A DNA stretch of 57,583 nucleotides, filler included, from Squatina squatina (lineage: Eukaryota): NCBI GenBank assembly GCA_031763465.1. It is 3 parts of 3 records of this genome, joined end to end, with 100 filler letters (N's around TTAATTAATTAA, not from the genome) between each part and the next. Parts side by side here need not be neighbours in the genome. Positions count along the whole stretch, not along the records: positions 16,815 to 44,201 come from JARFOE010000203.1; 2 more parts are not named here. One strand, written 5' to 3'. A model generated the notes under the pieces. The model was not told the DNA's origin, did not search any database, and worked only from the letters and a program-made list of their open reading frames with translations. Positions 23,814-35,784 of the stretch are shown piece by piece. Made by a program: the position numbers and the translations under genes. How positions within the stretch are numbered: position 1 is the stretch's first letter; each line of letters opens with the position of its first letter.

Positions 23814-24457
23814 GGGGGAGAAATTCATCGAGTTTGCACCTCCTGTTACCATCCCCAGGGGGCGCTAACGACCTTTCGCCCGGCGAGGCAACACTAACGA
23901 CTCCTGCGAAATTCTGCGGGAATTCGGCGGTAGCAACAACTGCCAGCACCCCACTCCGCTGTGCCAGCAATGACATCATCACCGTGCGCAGCGACCCGTT
24001 TTCACCCCGGAGTGAAAATTTGGCAGCGCTCCCTGATGCTGCGCCGGGCGATGTCAGCGCCACGCCGCTCGCAGGACAAAATTTAAAGGGGAGGTGACGC
24101 TCGGGGGGAAAGAAATTGGCTGACTTACCGGTCGCAGCTTGCTGCATGTTGGATCGTGGGTTCCGTGCTCTGATCTTGCAGCCCAGCACTCCGCTTGAGT
24201 GTCGGGCTGATGCCACAGCACCCCTTTCCCCGGTGGACCAGGTAGGGATCCGCAGAGTCAGCAACCTTCCATTTAATGAAGGAGACGGCCCTTTCTATGT
24301 GCGTCTCACCACATAGCACTGCGACCCTCTCCGATTGCTTCTGCCCCGCTCCACTTGCTCTTGGCGATAACTCGAATTTAGGTCGCCTGGTGCAGGAAAT
24401 TCCGCCTCACGACTGTTACCACCCTCAAACGGGGCTCTACACAATTCTTCACCCCCC
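23814..24457. mobile_element. GC-rich MITE-like element with Harbinger-type ends
   Basis: Starts GGGGGAGAAATT and ends AATTCTTCACCCCCC (imperfect inverted ends). CpG-rich interior with sharp boundaries. Confidence 0.6.
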
Positions 24458-24635
24458 ACTTCCCGCCCCCCAGTAGAAGGTGCAGTAAAGTTGGTTACGG
24501 TGCTATAGTTCCGTACAATTGAATTTCCAGCACATTCAATGGTCAGATCCATTTTAAAGACTGTGTTTGTCATTGGTAAATAGGATCTGTTTTTACATAG
24601 TCACATTCTGGGAATCTTGTTTTTTCCACTGACAG

Positions 24636-24741
24636 GTATAAACCAGATATAATCTGGTCAGATGGAGACTGGGAAACAACAGATCACTACTGGAATTCCA
24701 CTGGATTTCTGGCCTGGCTTTACAATGATAGCCCCGTCAAG
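24636..24741 (+). CDS. FUCA1: Alpha-L-fucosidase 1 exon 4 (GH29 nucleophile WSD motif)
   Basis: 106-bp exon [35 protein letters not shown] with ag/gt ends. Confidence 0.92.
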
Positions 24742-25395
24742 GTACTTAGTAGCAATAGTCACAAGATCATTAAGCAAGGCCATTCGGTTATCTCACTTTT
24801 AATTTGATAATCTATTTAAGATCAGGCTTGCTTAGCTGAACTTGTTCATTTTATCCCGCATTATATCTTTTACAGCTGTCACACTTGTGTGGCACTGAAG
24901 TGTTGGTGAATAACTCCCCCTCCCTCCCAGCATCTATTTGCTTTGACTTTAGCTGTGATAAAGTTATGTATTTGGCTTGTGGTCTTGGGAGTTTCTGACT
25001 TCATGTTAAACTCGATCATTCTGCGGTCGCTGTCCCCCCCGGTAAAACCGCCGTCTTGTGTACATTTTCTGGGTCATTTGCAAATACCAGCATAAGGTGA
25101 GAACTGCCTCTTGTGGCTGTCTTGGTGCACTGGGTCATGGAGCAGACATGCATTGCATTTAGCGACTCTGGCTTGAAATTGTTTGGGTTTTCCAAAGTTT
25201 GTAGTAAGTTGACGGAAGTGTCCCATTAAAATTACTTTCCTGTTCTCTCTCATACCCTGTCTATCTCTTTGTACAGCAAATTGGCCTCGTACCTATGCTG
25301 ACTTGGTTGTCTGTAGAATACCCTTTCTGTTTACTTGGATTTATTTTGCATTAGAGATGTCCATTTTGTAGCTTTCTATCTCTTACAGAATCAAT

Positions 25396-25705
25396 GGCCC
25401 TGAAATTGCGATCTCCCCGGGTGGGAATGATGTTCTCACGCACCCGGGGAGACATTGCATAAGCCGGTTATGGGGCTGTTCATCGTAAGCCCACATTACC
25501 GGCATTTGTGATCTGTCCAGAAGCTTTTGGACAGATCCAAGGCTGAGGCTGCGAAGCCCATCCCCAGCACTGAGCTTTGCGATATTTTTGAATTAATTGC
25601 GCTGGGGATCTCTTCAAATCTTTTAAGCATGGTAAAACCTAGTGTATCTGCTTGGTTTTACCATCGTAAGAAATGTTAAAAAATTTTAATTCCAAAAAAA
25701 TTAAT
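25396..25705 (+). mobile_element. Left arm of a hairpin-rich Harbinger-type MITE
   Basis: aat|GGCCCTGAAATTG followed by serial hairpins. Reverse-complement homologue at 52563-52709. Confidence 0.75.
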
Positions 25706-25830
25706 TGTGCTGTGCACAAATTGGCTGTCACGTTTCTTACATTACAGCAGTGACTACATGTCATTGGCTGTAAAGCACTTTGTGACGTCTTGAGGTTGTG
25801 AAAGGCACTGAATAAATCTAAGTTCTTTTA
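25706..25830 (+). mobile_element. Deu-domain SINE 3' portion
   Basis: gctgtgcacaaattggctg...cattggctgtaaagcactttg...gtgaaaggcactgaataaat matches the 3' part of the 28610-29012 copy. Confidence 0.75.
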
Positions 25831-25843
25831 TTTCTGTTGCTAG

Positions 25844-26044
25844 GATACTGTGGTAACCAATGATCGCTGGGGAGCTGGCTGTCCCTGTAAACATGGCGGC
25901 TTCTTCAACTGTGCAGACAAATACAGCCCAACCAAGCTGCAAAACCACAAGTGGGAGATGTGCACCTCGGTCGACACACGGTCATGGGGATATCGCAGAA
26001 ACATGCAGCTGAGTGACTTGATGGATCTGCCATCCATAATCCAT
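25844..26044 (+). CDS. FUCA1: Alpha-L-fucosidase 1 exon 5
   Basis: 201-bp exon [74 protein letters not shown] matches FUCA1 rather than FUCA2. Confidence 0.92.
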
Positions 26045-26867
26045 GTACGTGCTTCTGGTTAATCGATGGTGAACATCACTAGGTTGAAAATAAATCCAGG
26101 TGAAGGTGCACTGGACTTCTGGTCTGAGCTTGGCTTGCCAACAAGTGGATCAGAGAGTTTATCTAATGAGTAGCTGCGCCTTTCAGATTAGGAAGGTTCC
26201 CGGTCTGAATCCCAGTCTGTGCTGAGATGTTACAATAGGCCTGAATGTTTCTGAATTTGGGAAGGGTGCTTCTGATTACCAGCAAGCGGCCTATGCTGAG
26301 AGTGCATGGATGCTGGGTTCAGCTACCGATAAATTGCTTGCTGTTACTCCATACCACCACTCGCACATGAATATTAGGGTTTTGAAAGCGCCTGCAAGGA
26401 ACTGACCCCTTTAAACGAAAAGGGGAGAAAATTGGCAACTTGTAACAGTCAGCAGCAAAAATCTATTTAAAGGGGGATCATTTATGTGGAAGAGGTGTCT
26501 GACAAACCATTTATTTTTTATTTAGGGAGAGAAGAGGCGTAAGAGATAAATTTAGCATTTTCATCACACAAGTGATAGCATGATGTGTTTTGGCATGATT
26601 TACGTCAATGTTTATGGGTTTTGCAAATAAATGGAAAAATGTTTGCCACTTTTTGTGAAGGTGCTGACATATGGAATCATGTGGAATTAGAGCTATTGAG
26701 CAAAAATGAGATGATGTAGACAATGGCAATGTGGTGAATTCTCTGAAGGTGTTTGGTGTTGTGAAAAAGACTGTATGTGCCATTGCTGTTATGATGCCAA
26801 GGATTAAAACGGGAACTATGGATAATGTGGACAGTAGCTCTAAATCTCTTTGTTCTTTTTCTGACAG

Positions 26868-27058
26868 ACTTTGCTGGACACAGTCTCTTATGGAGGCAAC
26901 TTACTGCTCAACATTGGTCCGACCAAAGATGGCACTATCCCTCTCATTTTCCAAGAAAGGTTGCGTGGCATGGGACAATGGCTACGTGTTAATGGTGAAG
27001 CAATATATGCATCGAAACCATGGCGAGTTCAGAAGGAGAACTCTACTAACATAATATG
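26868..27058 (+). CDS. FUCA1: Alpha-L-fucosidase 1 exon 6
   Basis: 191-bp exon [63 protein letters not shown](W). Confidence 0.92.
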
Positions 27059-27554
27059 GTAATGCCTATCAGGGCTAAATATAGCACAACTGTTTCTTTT
27101 CCCTTCACTTCATTGCACCATTCTTCAGACTTAACTTCACTTTGGCTTTGTGCTTAAAAACAAAGCGAGAAATATAAAAGAACTTGCATTTCTTTGACAC
27201 TGCTGATATGCAGTGGGAGCCATTGGCAAAGAGTAGATACTAAGCAGAAGGGGGAAAGAGAAAAAGCGAGGATGGGGATCAGAAAGGGGAAGCTCTGTTA
27301 ATAAAGGATGAGATCAGTACAACAGGGAGAAAGGATCTTGGCTCAGAAGATCAAGATGTAGAATCAGTTTGGGTNNNNNNNNNNNNNNNNNNNNNNNNNN
27401 NNNNNNNNNNNNNNNNNNNNNNNNNNNNNNNNNNNNNNNNNNNNNNNNNNNNNNNNNNNNNNNNNNNNNNNNNNCCTTCTCAAGGGCAACTAGGGATGGG
27501 CAATAAATGCTGGCCTTGCCAGTGATGCCCACATCCCAGGAATGAATTTTTAAA

Positions 27555-27890
27555 AAGTCTCGATGTAACAAAGTCATGGATGAGGGTTTCAGCAGCAGAT
27601 GAACTGAGGCAGGGTTGGAAATCGGCGATGTTACAGAGGTGGAAGTAGGTGGTCTTGGTGATGGAGAGTATATGGCGTAAGAAGCTCATCTCGGGGTCAA
27701 ATGGGATGCCAAGGTTGCAAACCATCTGGTGCTGGCTGAGACAGTGGCCAGAGAGAGGGATGGAGACGGTGGCTAGGGAACGGAGTTTGTGACGGGGAGC
27801 GAAGTCAATGGCTTCTGTCTTCCCAATATTTAATTGTAGGAAATTTCTGCTCATCCAATACAAGCAGAGTGACAATTCAGAGGCACTGGA
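27555..27890 (-). mobile_element. L2-type LINE RT fragment
   Basis: WMSRNFLQLNIGKTEAI...NLGIPFDPEMSF..HILSITKTTYFHL.NIA...LSSSAAETLIHDFVTSRL. A plus-strand CR1 3' tail abuts it at 27475-27555. Confidence 0.8.
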
Positions 27891-28609
27891 TTCCAACATT
27901 GACCAATGCAAGTATTTATTGTCAAATAAACCTTAATTTTACATTACTACAAAAGCAAAATACTGTGGATGCCGGAAATCTGAAATGAAAACAGAAAATG
28001 GAAGAGAGAGAAATAGAGTTAATGTTTCAGGTCGATGGCGCTCCACAGATGCTGCCTGACCTGCTGAGTATTCTTGCTTCATTTTACATTGTTCAATACA
28101 GAAAAAAGGAAATTTAACTTTCACAGAAATAACAGGTGATAAAGGACAGAATTGGTTGAAGAGGAATGTTCCGTGGTGGGAGTGTCCTTTTAATGTAAAG
28201 TACTCTCCATGTAATTTATTTTTAAGAAGTTACTTCACCAAAAGAAAATACACCCAAAGCTACTGGGCATATTTAAGGTTGTGTCACTGTGTATTGTGCT
28301 CACAATGCAGGATCATAAACAGGTACAGTGATTATGTTGGCAAAAATGTCTTTGTCATTGTGCACTGATGGGTTCGTGTGCACTCAGATTTATAGGAACA
28401 GGAGTAGGTTCTTCGGCCCCTTGAGTCCCCTCCACCATTCAATAAGATCATGGCTCACAGGAGAACTATATTCATCTACATTGCAATGTGAATCTGAATG
28501 TTATAAAGGAAAATCTGTCCACTAACCATCATCCCTGACACTGAAGGTTTCTACACTTCTGAAGATTTTCTGTTTCTTTGAATGCATTTTTATGGCATCA
28601 GTATATGTC

Positions 28610-29012
28610 AGTGGCTCAGCTGGTAGCACCTTGCCTCGGAGTCAGAAGACTGGAGTGCAGTACTGAGGGAGTGCTGCACTGTTGGAGGTGCCATCTTTCG
28701 GATAAGACGTTAAACCGAGGCTCCATCTACACCCTCGGGTGGACATAAAAGATCCCATGGCACTATTTCGAAGAAGAACAGGGGAGTTATCCCCAGTGCC
28801 CTGGCCAATATTTATCCCTCAACCAACATCCGAGAAACAGATTATCTGGTCATTATCACATTGCTGTTTGTGGGAGCTTGCTGTGCACAAATTGGCTGCC
28901 ATATTTCCTGTATTACAATAGTGACGACAAATCAAAAGTACTTCATTGGCTGTAAAGCTCTTTGGGTCGTCTGGTAGTTTTGAAAGGTGCTATATAAATG
29001 CAAATCTTTTTA
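28610..29012 (+). mobile_element. tRNA-derived Deu-domain SINE (SacSINE1-like), near full length
   Basis: tRNA-like head gtggctcagctggtagcac, core gttaaaccgaggc...aaagatcccatggcactatttcgaagaag, tail tgtaaagctctttggg...gaaaggtgctatataaatgcaa. Confidence 0.8.
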
Positions 29013-29735
29013 TTTGATTAAAAGTTGAAAACCTTCCATGATAGAATGATCTTAAACATTCTCAAATGCACGAATGATAGTTAGATTTTCATATATAAAT
29101 CAGGACTATAGGGTGTGGTTTCTATGCTTGGGATATCGATTGGTTAGACTGATTTTAGTTGTTAATGTCCATTTTTACGTTCTGGCATGCGTTGATGAGA
29201 TTGGCAGGGAATTTGGATGTAATTAGACAGCGGTTAAATCGGCGTGGGAATGGGCGTAATTTGAAGTGGGATTTCGGGGTCCCGCAATAGATTTGAGAAA
29301 GATGTCTCATACACATCAATTTAATTGGGCAACCAGTCCATCTTAAAAAGGGGCAGTGTCTTCATGAGGGGAATTTCTGAGAAAACGTTTACTTTGGGTT
29401 TGTGAAACACGCAAGACAATTCTGGTATGACGTATAAGTGACATCATTTAGGATGAAAACAACACCTGAATCGATTTCCCATTCTGTGGTGAAGACATTG
29501 CCACTTTAAGGCTAATTCCTGTCCAACGATCATAATTTGCTGCAACCGCTCAAGGACGACAGGAATCGCTGTGAAAAGAATAGTTAAGTCTGGAGGGAGT
29601 GTAGTCATACCAGGAGCTTGGAAATAAACAAGGAAATTATACTTACAAAATTGCAATATTTGCAAGCTGAATCTTTAAGGGTTACAAAACGCGAGACCAT
29701 TTCCGCCTTGTTACAAGTCGTGCCAGTTGTAGATC

Positions 29736-30091
29736 ATGGGATTGACCGGTTTTGTGAGTGTTATTTGTCTTGTTGGTTGTTTATGGCCTGGGGTTGCCCC
29801 CGATCGCCGCTACCAGCCGAACTGGACGAGTCTGGACAGCAGACCCTTGCCCCCCTGGTACGACGAGAGTAAATTTGGGATTTTCATTCACTGGGGCGTC
29901 TTTTCCGTGCCCAGCTTCGGCACCGAGTGGTTCTGGTGGGACTGGGAAGGTTCGCATCAACCCCAGTGTGTAGAGTTTATGAAAAAGAACTACCCACCGG
30001 GCTTCACCTACAGCCAGTTCGCTCCAGCATTCACCGCGGAGTTCTTCGATCCGAATCAGTGGGCAGAGTTGATCCACGACTCCGGAGCCAG
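29736..30091 (+). CDS. FUCA1: Alpha-L-fucosidase 1 exon 1 (signal peptide and GH29 N-terminus)
   Basis: [68 protein letters not shown]...SGA(R). The phase-2 donor matches exon 2. Confidence 0.93.
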
Positions 30092-30124
30092 GTACAAGAT
30101 GAAGCGCTTTCAAAAACCCAGCAA

Positions 30125-30657
30125 GACTGGCGGATATTGCAAAACAGAGTGATCAATGAAATGGACGCTGTAATATCGCTGTTAAATACCCCATTTAAAG
30201 TTGGACCTTGTTGGATTCGGCGTAACTGGGGTTTTAACAGCGTACTGACGGCTGAACAAATGTTATGATCCTGAAAAACTAATTTTATGGAGTGCCAGGT
30301 TTCTCCATAATGATGAAAAGTACAATTTTTAAGAAATTATATATTTTTAAGTTTGTTCATATTTATTTCAGGTTTACCTTCTCCTCAAGTGAGAGCCCCA
30401 ACATTTGTTTTGCTAATTTAAAAAGACTGAATAAAAGCTATTTTTTTCACTTCCAGGTTTGCTGTTTGTGAGAATTCTGCATTGTAATTGGCTGCTTCGG
30501 CAGTTTGTTGTCTTCACAACAGCACGATAGAATCCCCACTGTACTGCACTGATCTCAATTGCTTGTCGAGAAAGGCAAACTTCTCGCCACAGAGATCGCA
30601 AGATCGTTGTGGGCAGTTCTTTGAGGGGCCTTTGCTGCTGATCGCAAATTCCAGGCC
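30125..30657. mobile_element. Hairpin-rich MITE-like element in FUCA1 intron 1
   Basis: Right end AAATTCCAGGCC|aat. Internal stems GCTGTTAAATACCCCA...TGGGGTTTTAACAGC and TTATGGAG...CTCCATAA. Left end degenerate. Confidence 0.55.
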
Positions 30658-33051
30658 AATGTTTACTAAGCTGTGTTTATAGAGTGACAAACATCAAAAT
30701 AAATCACAGTTTTAAACCAAGAAGAGTGTTTGCCACTCTGATTAGTAACTCTTGGCGCACCAGCAGTTTATTTTTTATTTGTTGTTTGTGGGCAATACTT
30801 GATATGGGTTGCCAACTCTGGTTGGAGGCATTCCTGGAGATTTGATCACATGATGTTCAGACCACATGACACTGAGCCATGTGACATCTGACGACATGAC
30901 ATGATGACCTAATATCAGCTGACAGCAGGGATGGGGCAAGTGAAATTAGTGCTGCGCAAGAGGCCAGAATTGGAGGAGCGCTGGGATCTTGGAGGTTGCA
31001 GAGATAGAGAGGGCGGAGGCCATAGAGGGATTTGAACACGAGAATGAGAATTGTAAATCTGAGGCATTTTTCACATCGTCCTAAAATCAGCTCCGCACTA
31101 ACATTTCCCTGGGCTCAGACTCAATAAAGAAGAGTTTTCATAGAATTATAGAAATTACAGCACAAGAGGAGACTATTTGATCCCCATTACCTGTGCTGGC
31201 GCGCTCTCCTGTAACCCCATCCACCGCCAGATCCTTTTATATTCCTCCTTTGCAAATATTTATCCCATTCCCTTTTAAATGACTGCCTAGTCTGCCTCAA
31301 TACCCACTTGTGGTGAAACATCTCATAGTCTAATAGCCCTGAGTTCAAGAACCTTCCTTTTCTCCATGGTTCTTCCAGTAGGAATCCTCGGTCTCAATCT
31401 TTATTTACCCACAGTAAGGGACCTAGGTTTCACTTTCCCCTTTACTGGCTGCTCCACTCTCAGTGCCACTCCCACTCACCACATTGTTGCGACTGTATTT
31501 AATCTCCATGCTCAACCTGTTCCCCAGTGTAGCTCTCTGGCCCCACTCAAGCCTCAATTCCCCTGACCTCCCTGACCCCCTGCTGCCCCCCTTCCCTTTT
31601 CATCTCCTGAATCTCTGGCCACCAGTCTCTCTTCCCTGAGCCCCTATTCCACAGTCTTCTCTTTCTCCCCCCCCCACCCCGACTCCTGAAGCATGATCCG
31701 CGAGGCCTCCCCCCACCTTCCGACTCCCAACTCCTGAGGACCCCCTGTACCCTGGGCTGTGAGGACCCGGCAGATCCATGTTCCATTACGGAGACTCCTG
31801 GCTTGCAGGCTTGTTTGGCGTCAAGTGCCTTTTTAACTTTATTAACTTTTTTGTTTTTAGATTTATTCCCTTTACCGGTATTGTACCCTTCTTGTCCACT
31901 GTAATAAAAAAACTGAAGCAAATTGGCAAGAATTCTTCAAGAAATGAATCAGAGCTATACCACAATAGCGATAGAGGTAAAAACTGGAAACCTGAAATAT
32001 AAACAGAAAATGCTGGGAACACACAGGCTCGTCACCTTCTGAAAACAGAATAGGCAGATCAGTGTTCTGGCAGAGATCTGTCATCCAAATCGAAGCACTT
32101 TTGATCTCTCATCCCAGCAAATTGAGTTTGTATTCCCACATGCTTCATCCCGAATGAGGTTTGTACTCTCTCAAATCCCCCTGTCTGGGTTCATTACTGG
32201 ATCGTGGAGTGAAATGTATTGATGATGGTGGATGTGTGGAGCAACCACAGGAAAATACTCCTTAAGGGGTTCTGATGTTCTAAATGAAATTAATGCATCT
32301 GAACCCAGATATGAGGTAACAGTATTTTGTTTGAAATTCATTATTTTTCTATATTGTTAAAAATGCCCAATTGATGTATGGAAGATCACCTCACTTTTCA
32401 AGTCTCACCTTGATGGTCTATTTAGTTGATGTGTCTGTAACGTCCTCACTGAAACATTACATTTGTGACATAGTCACTGCAAGATTGATTGATTTTAATC
32501 CGTAATGGATTATAGGCTGATAGCAGTCTTTGAGGTGAGAATTAGCTGTTCCCACATCCCCAGTGAGGGACGGCTGTATTCTATGAACAGAGTCCCCTGT
32601 TATTGCTGCTGTTTGTAGTTCCTGAAATAACCCCCAAAATCACATTAAACCTGTACGTTGGCTTCATGCTTCCTGCAGATTTATTGCTGTGCATTATGTG
32701 TGTGTATTTCTTAATGTCACTTGTGTGGCCTCAGAAAATATATTGGTGGGAAGAAAATCTTTACAATGCTTCTGATATAATAATAGTACAATAACATTTC
32801 CACAGAACTTACTCCAATTTATGGAACCTTTTTTTAAAAGCCAGACACAAAACTTGAATTGAATTAAAGAGTTGATCAAGTGCAATGTATTTTTAAAAAA
32901 AAACTTTTTTTCTTCTCATAAAGCTGAACTGACTTTGAAATGACTTAGAAATAATCGAGATCTATCCAGGGGTGTCGGGGACATTGATATTGAATGTTTG
33001 TAACCCAGTTTAATTCCCAACAGCTTGCGTTCCTGTGGTTTGTGATTTCAG

Positions 33052-33186
33052 GTATGTGGTGCTGACAACCAAACACCATGAAGGATTCACAAACTGGAGA
33101 TCGCCTGTGTCCTGGAACTGGAACTCAGTTGACACGGGTCCTCATCGAGATCTGGTGGGTGATCTGGCGGCTGCAGTTCGAAAAAG
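33052..33186 (+). CDS. FUCA1: Alpha-L-fucosidase 1 exon 2
   Basis: 135-bp exon [44 protein letters not shown](R). [14 protein letters not shown] is FUCA1-type. Confidence 0.93.
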
Positions 33187-35784
33187 GTTTGTGCTTAATT
33201 TTATGCATTTAGGGGAATTTACAATGTCTTTACAATCACATTCATGCATTTGGACAATTGAAACCCATGGTAAACCCATGGTAAACCCGCAGAACGTGGA
33301 CAGACTGGTACTGAAATGTGACTTCCTGAGCCAGTGCAGGGATTGTTCAATAACGTCTTCACAAAAGTTTAATACCAAAACTAGAAATACGCTGGGAATT
33401 AGCATCTTGCTACAATGTGTTTAGACTTTCCTGTGCCCTGCAACTATTCAGGCACTTCCAGCTTCCTTGTCTGAAAACAAACTTTCTGATGATACGATTT
33501 TCTCTTTCTGGTTTTTACAGAAATATTAAATAAAACAACAGCAATTAAGGATTTGACATTCATAAACCTAACACCTCTATTTTATTTTCAGTGACATATT
33601 CTAAATTCAACAGGAAAATCCCCAAATTGGTGGTGAGAGCTGAAGTGAAACTTGCTGATAAAGTTGCCAAAAGTACAGTATTTCCGTTTATAGCTTTTGA
33701 AGCTTCAGACGGCAGATACATGTCATTAGTTAAGGGCTGATCTGTGCCTAAAAGGGGGGATGGCTGAGAGAAGCTGTTAACGTTTAGCTGAGGGGTTTCA
33801 AAATGGCTGCTGCTAGGCTGGCTGTTCCATAAGGATGAAGTGACCAGATGTCCCAATTTTAAGGAATAGGACATAAGAAATAGGAGCAGGAATATGCCAC
33901 TCGGCCTCTCGAGCCTGCTCATTCAGCAAATGTCCCAGTGTCCCGACAATTACCTGAAAATTGCTGAAATGTCCTTTCGCACCCAAATCTCCAACAAGTT
34001 CCCCAGGCTCCATTACTTGGTGCATTTTGGCCCACCCAAGTACAATAAAAATGTTTCACCGAGGTATCTTCATTCCTTTCCTCCATCAGCCTCTGCACTG
34101 AGCGACTTCTCATCCTTGGTGAGTTCAATCTTCGTCTCAATTCATCATGCTCTCACTCCTCGGAGTTCACTACCCTCCTATCCTCCCTTAATCTCTCACT
34201 CCATTGGCACTCCGCAATGCATATTCACGGCCATCCCCTTAAATCTTGCCGTCTCTCGTGGCTTCGCTACTCCCATCCTGTCAAACGCAGATAAGGCTAT
34301 CTCTGAGTACTTTGTTGTGTCACTCTCCACCCACATTCCCCTGTTCCCCCACCGCCCCTCCCCAACCCTCCTTCCTTCTGTGTCTGCCCTTGGAAAAAAC
34401 TCTCTCCCAACTTACTTACAACTGCACTGACAAAATCCCAACTATCCATTCTTTGGCCCTCCATTCACCACAACATTTTTGCAGCTATCGATCTGCTCAA
34501 CCATGCCAACACCACCACCCCAGCCCCCCTGCCCCCGCAAATTAGCTAATACAAAGCTGGCTAATGCTAGTTTGACTTCAGGAAGCATAATTCAATGGAA
34601 GGAAGGTTATCATGAAAGTTATAATTCATTGTGACTTATACAAATTGCATTAAGTAGCATTAATTCAATAACAACTGTGCAGAGAAATAATTTATCAAAT
34701 CCAGTCAACACAATGCACTAAAGCTCTAGGACACAACAATAAAATACATTTGGATGTTCATACTCCATGAGCATAATGAACACAAGTGATCAATGAAAGC
34801 CTGTCTCATAAGTGGAAGAACATGAGTAACACACAGTTACATGTTACATGTGGCACATTATAGTCAATTACCATCACCTCAGCTGAGTCCAGCTATCTAA
34901 CCACAGGCTAGATACTGAACTCAGGAGCTTCGTGATCTGTTTGGCTCAGCTATGAATACCTTAACCAGCTGAGCCATGGAGGAGGTAGAAAGACACTTCC
35001 AACAAATATGTAATATATACAGGTCAGGCACAGAACTTTCCAACAGTGATCTTCAGGCTGTTTCTTGACAAACTTGCAGAAGTGGCATCATCATTATGAA
35101 CCCTGTGTGAACATTTTCGTACTTCCATGATAAGAGTACATTGGCTGTCACCATTGTGATTGACCAGTGTCAGACCCAGGATAGAATAACATGATCCTGC
35201 AAAGTGTCTGCTATGTGGTGTTGGAAAGAAAGTGCTTTCAAAGCTGTATCTGATCTCCGTGGAGGAGGGGGAATAAAGTGCTCAAGTTTCACTCCCATGA
35301 TTAATATCATTTGNNNNNNNNNNNNNNNNNNNNNNNNNNNNNNNNNNNNNNNNNNNNNNNNNNNNNNNNNNNNNNNNNNNNNNNNNNNNNNNNNNNNNNN
35401 NNNNNNNNNNNNNTTACCCATGCTGTACTCAGCCTGCGACTGGTTGATGATACTCCACTCCTTAGCTCTGATATCTGTCGCTTTTAAAAAAAAAACAATG
35501 TACTCCGTGAAAAATAAATTTTATTTTAGCTAAAAGATGAGAGCATCTGTCAGTGGCTCTGAAGGTCAGAATGTTCTGAAGGCGCCTGTTGTATCCCACC
35601 ATTCAAAGCATTGTCAGAGCAAATACTCCACAGTCACAATAATGGCCGTGAGATTTGTATTTAACTCCTCATTCTTTTTTCTTTATTTTGAGTGAATACG
35701 GGGATGGAATTATATTTTTAAAATAGAGGATGATATTTACACTATTGTGCTTTACCATGTCTGCTTTAACCTTTATCTGTTCAG

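Noticed and set aside
23780-24573. Overlapping 60-155-aa ORFs on both strands
   Set aside because: Expected in a GC-rich MITE with few stop codons. No recognisable domain or splice structure.
28610-28680. Possible tRNA gene (also ~50845 and ~56588)
   Set aside because: These are tRNA-derived SINE heads that continue into the SINE core. No complete cloverleaf.
29130-29450. FUCA1 promoter motifs (ATTGG boxes, TGACGTAT)
   Set aside because: Plausible position, but the motifs are short and degenerate, and no lysosomal CLEAR element (GTCACGTGAC) was seen.
33894-34545. 178-aa and 99-aa Ser/Pro/Leu-rich ORFs
   Set aside because: Pyrimidine-rich decayed LINE-like sequence with low-complexity translations.
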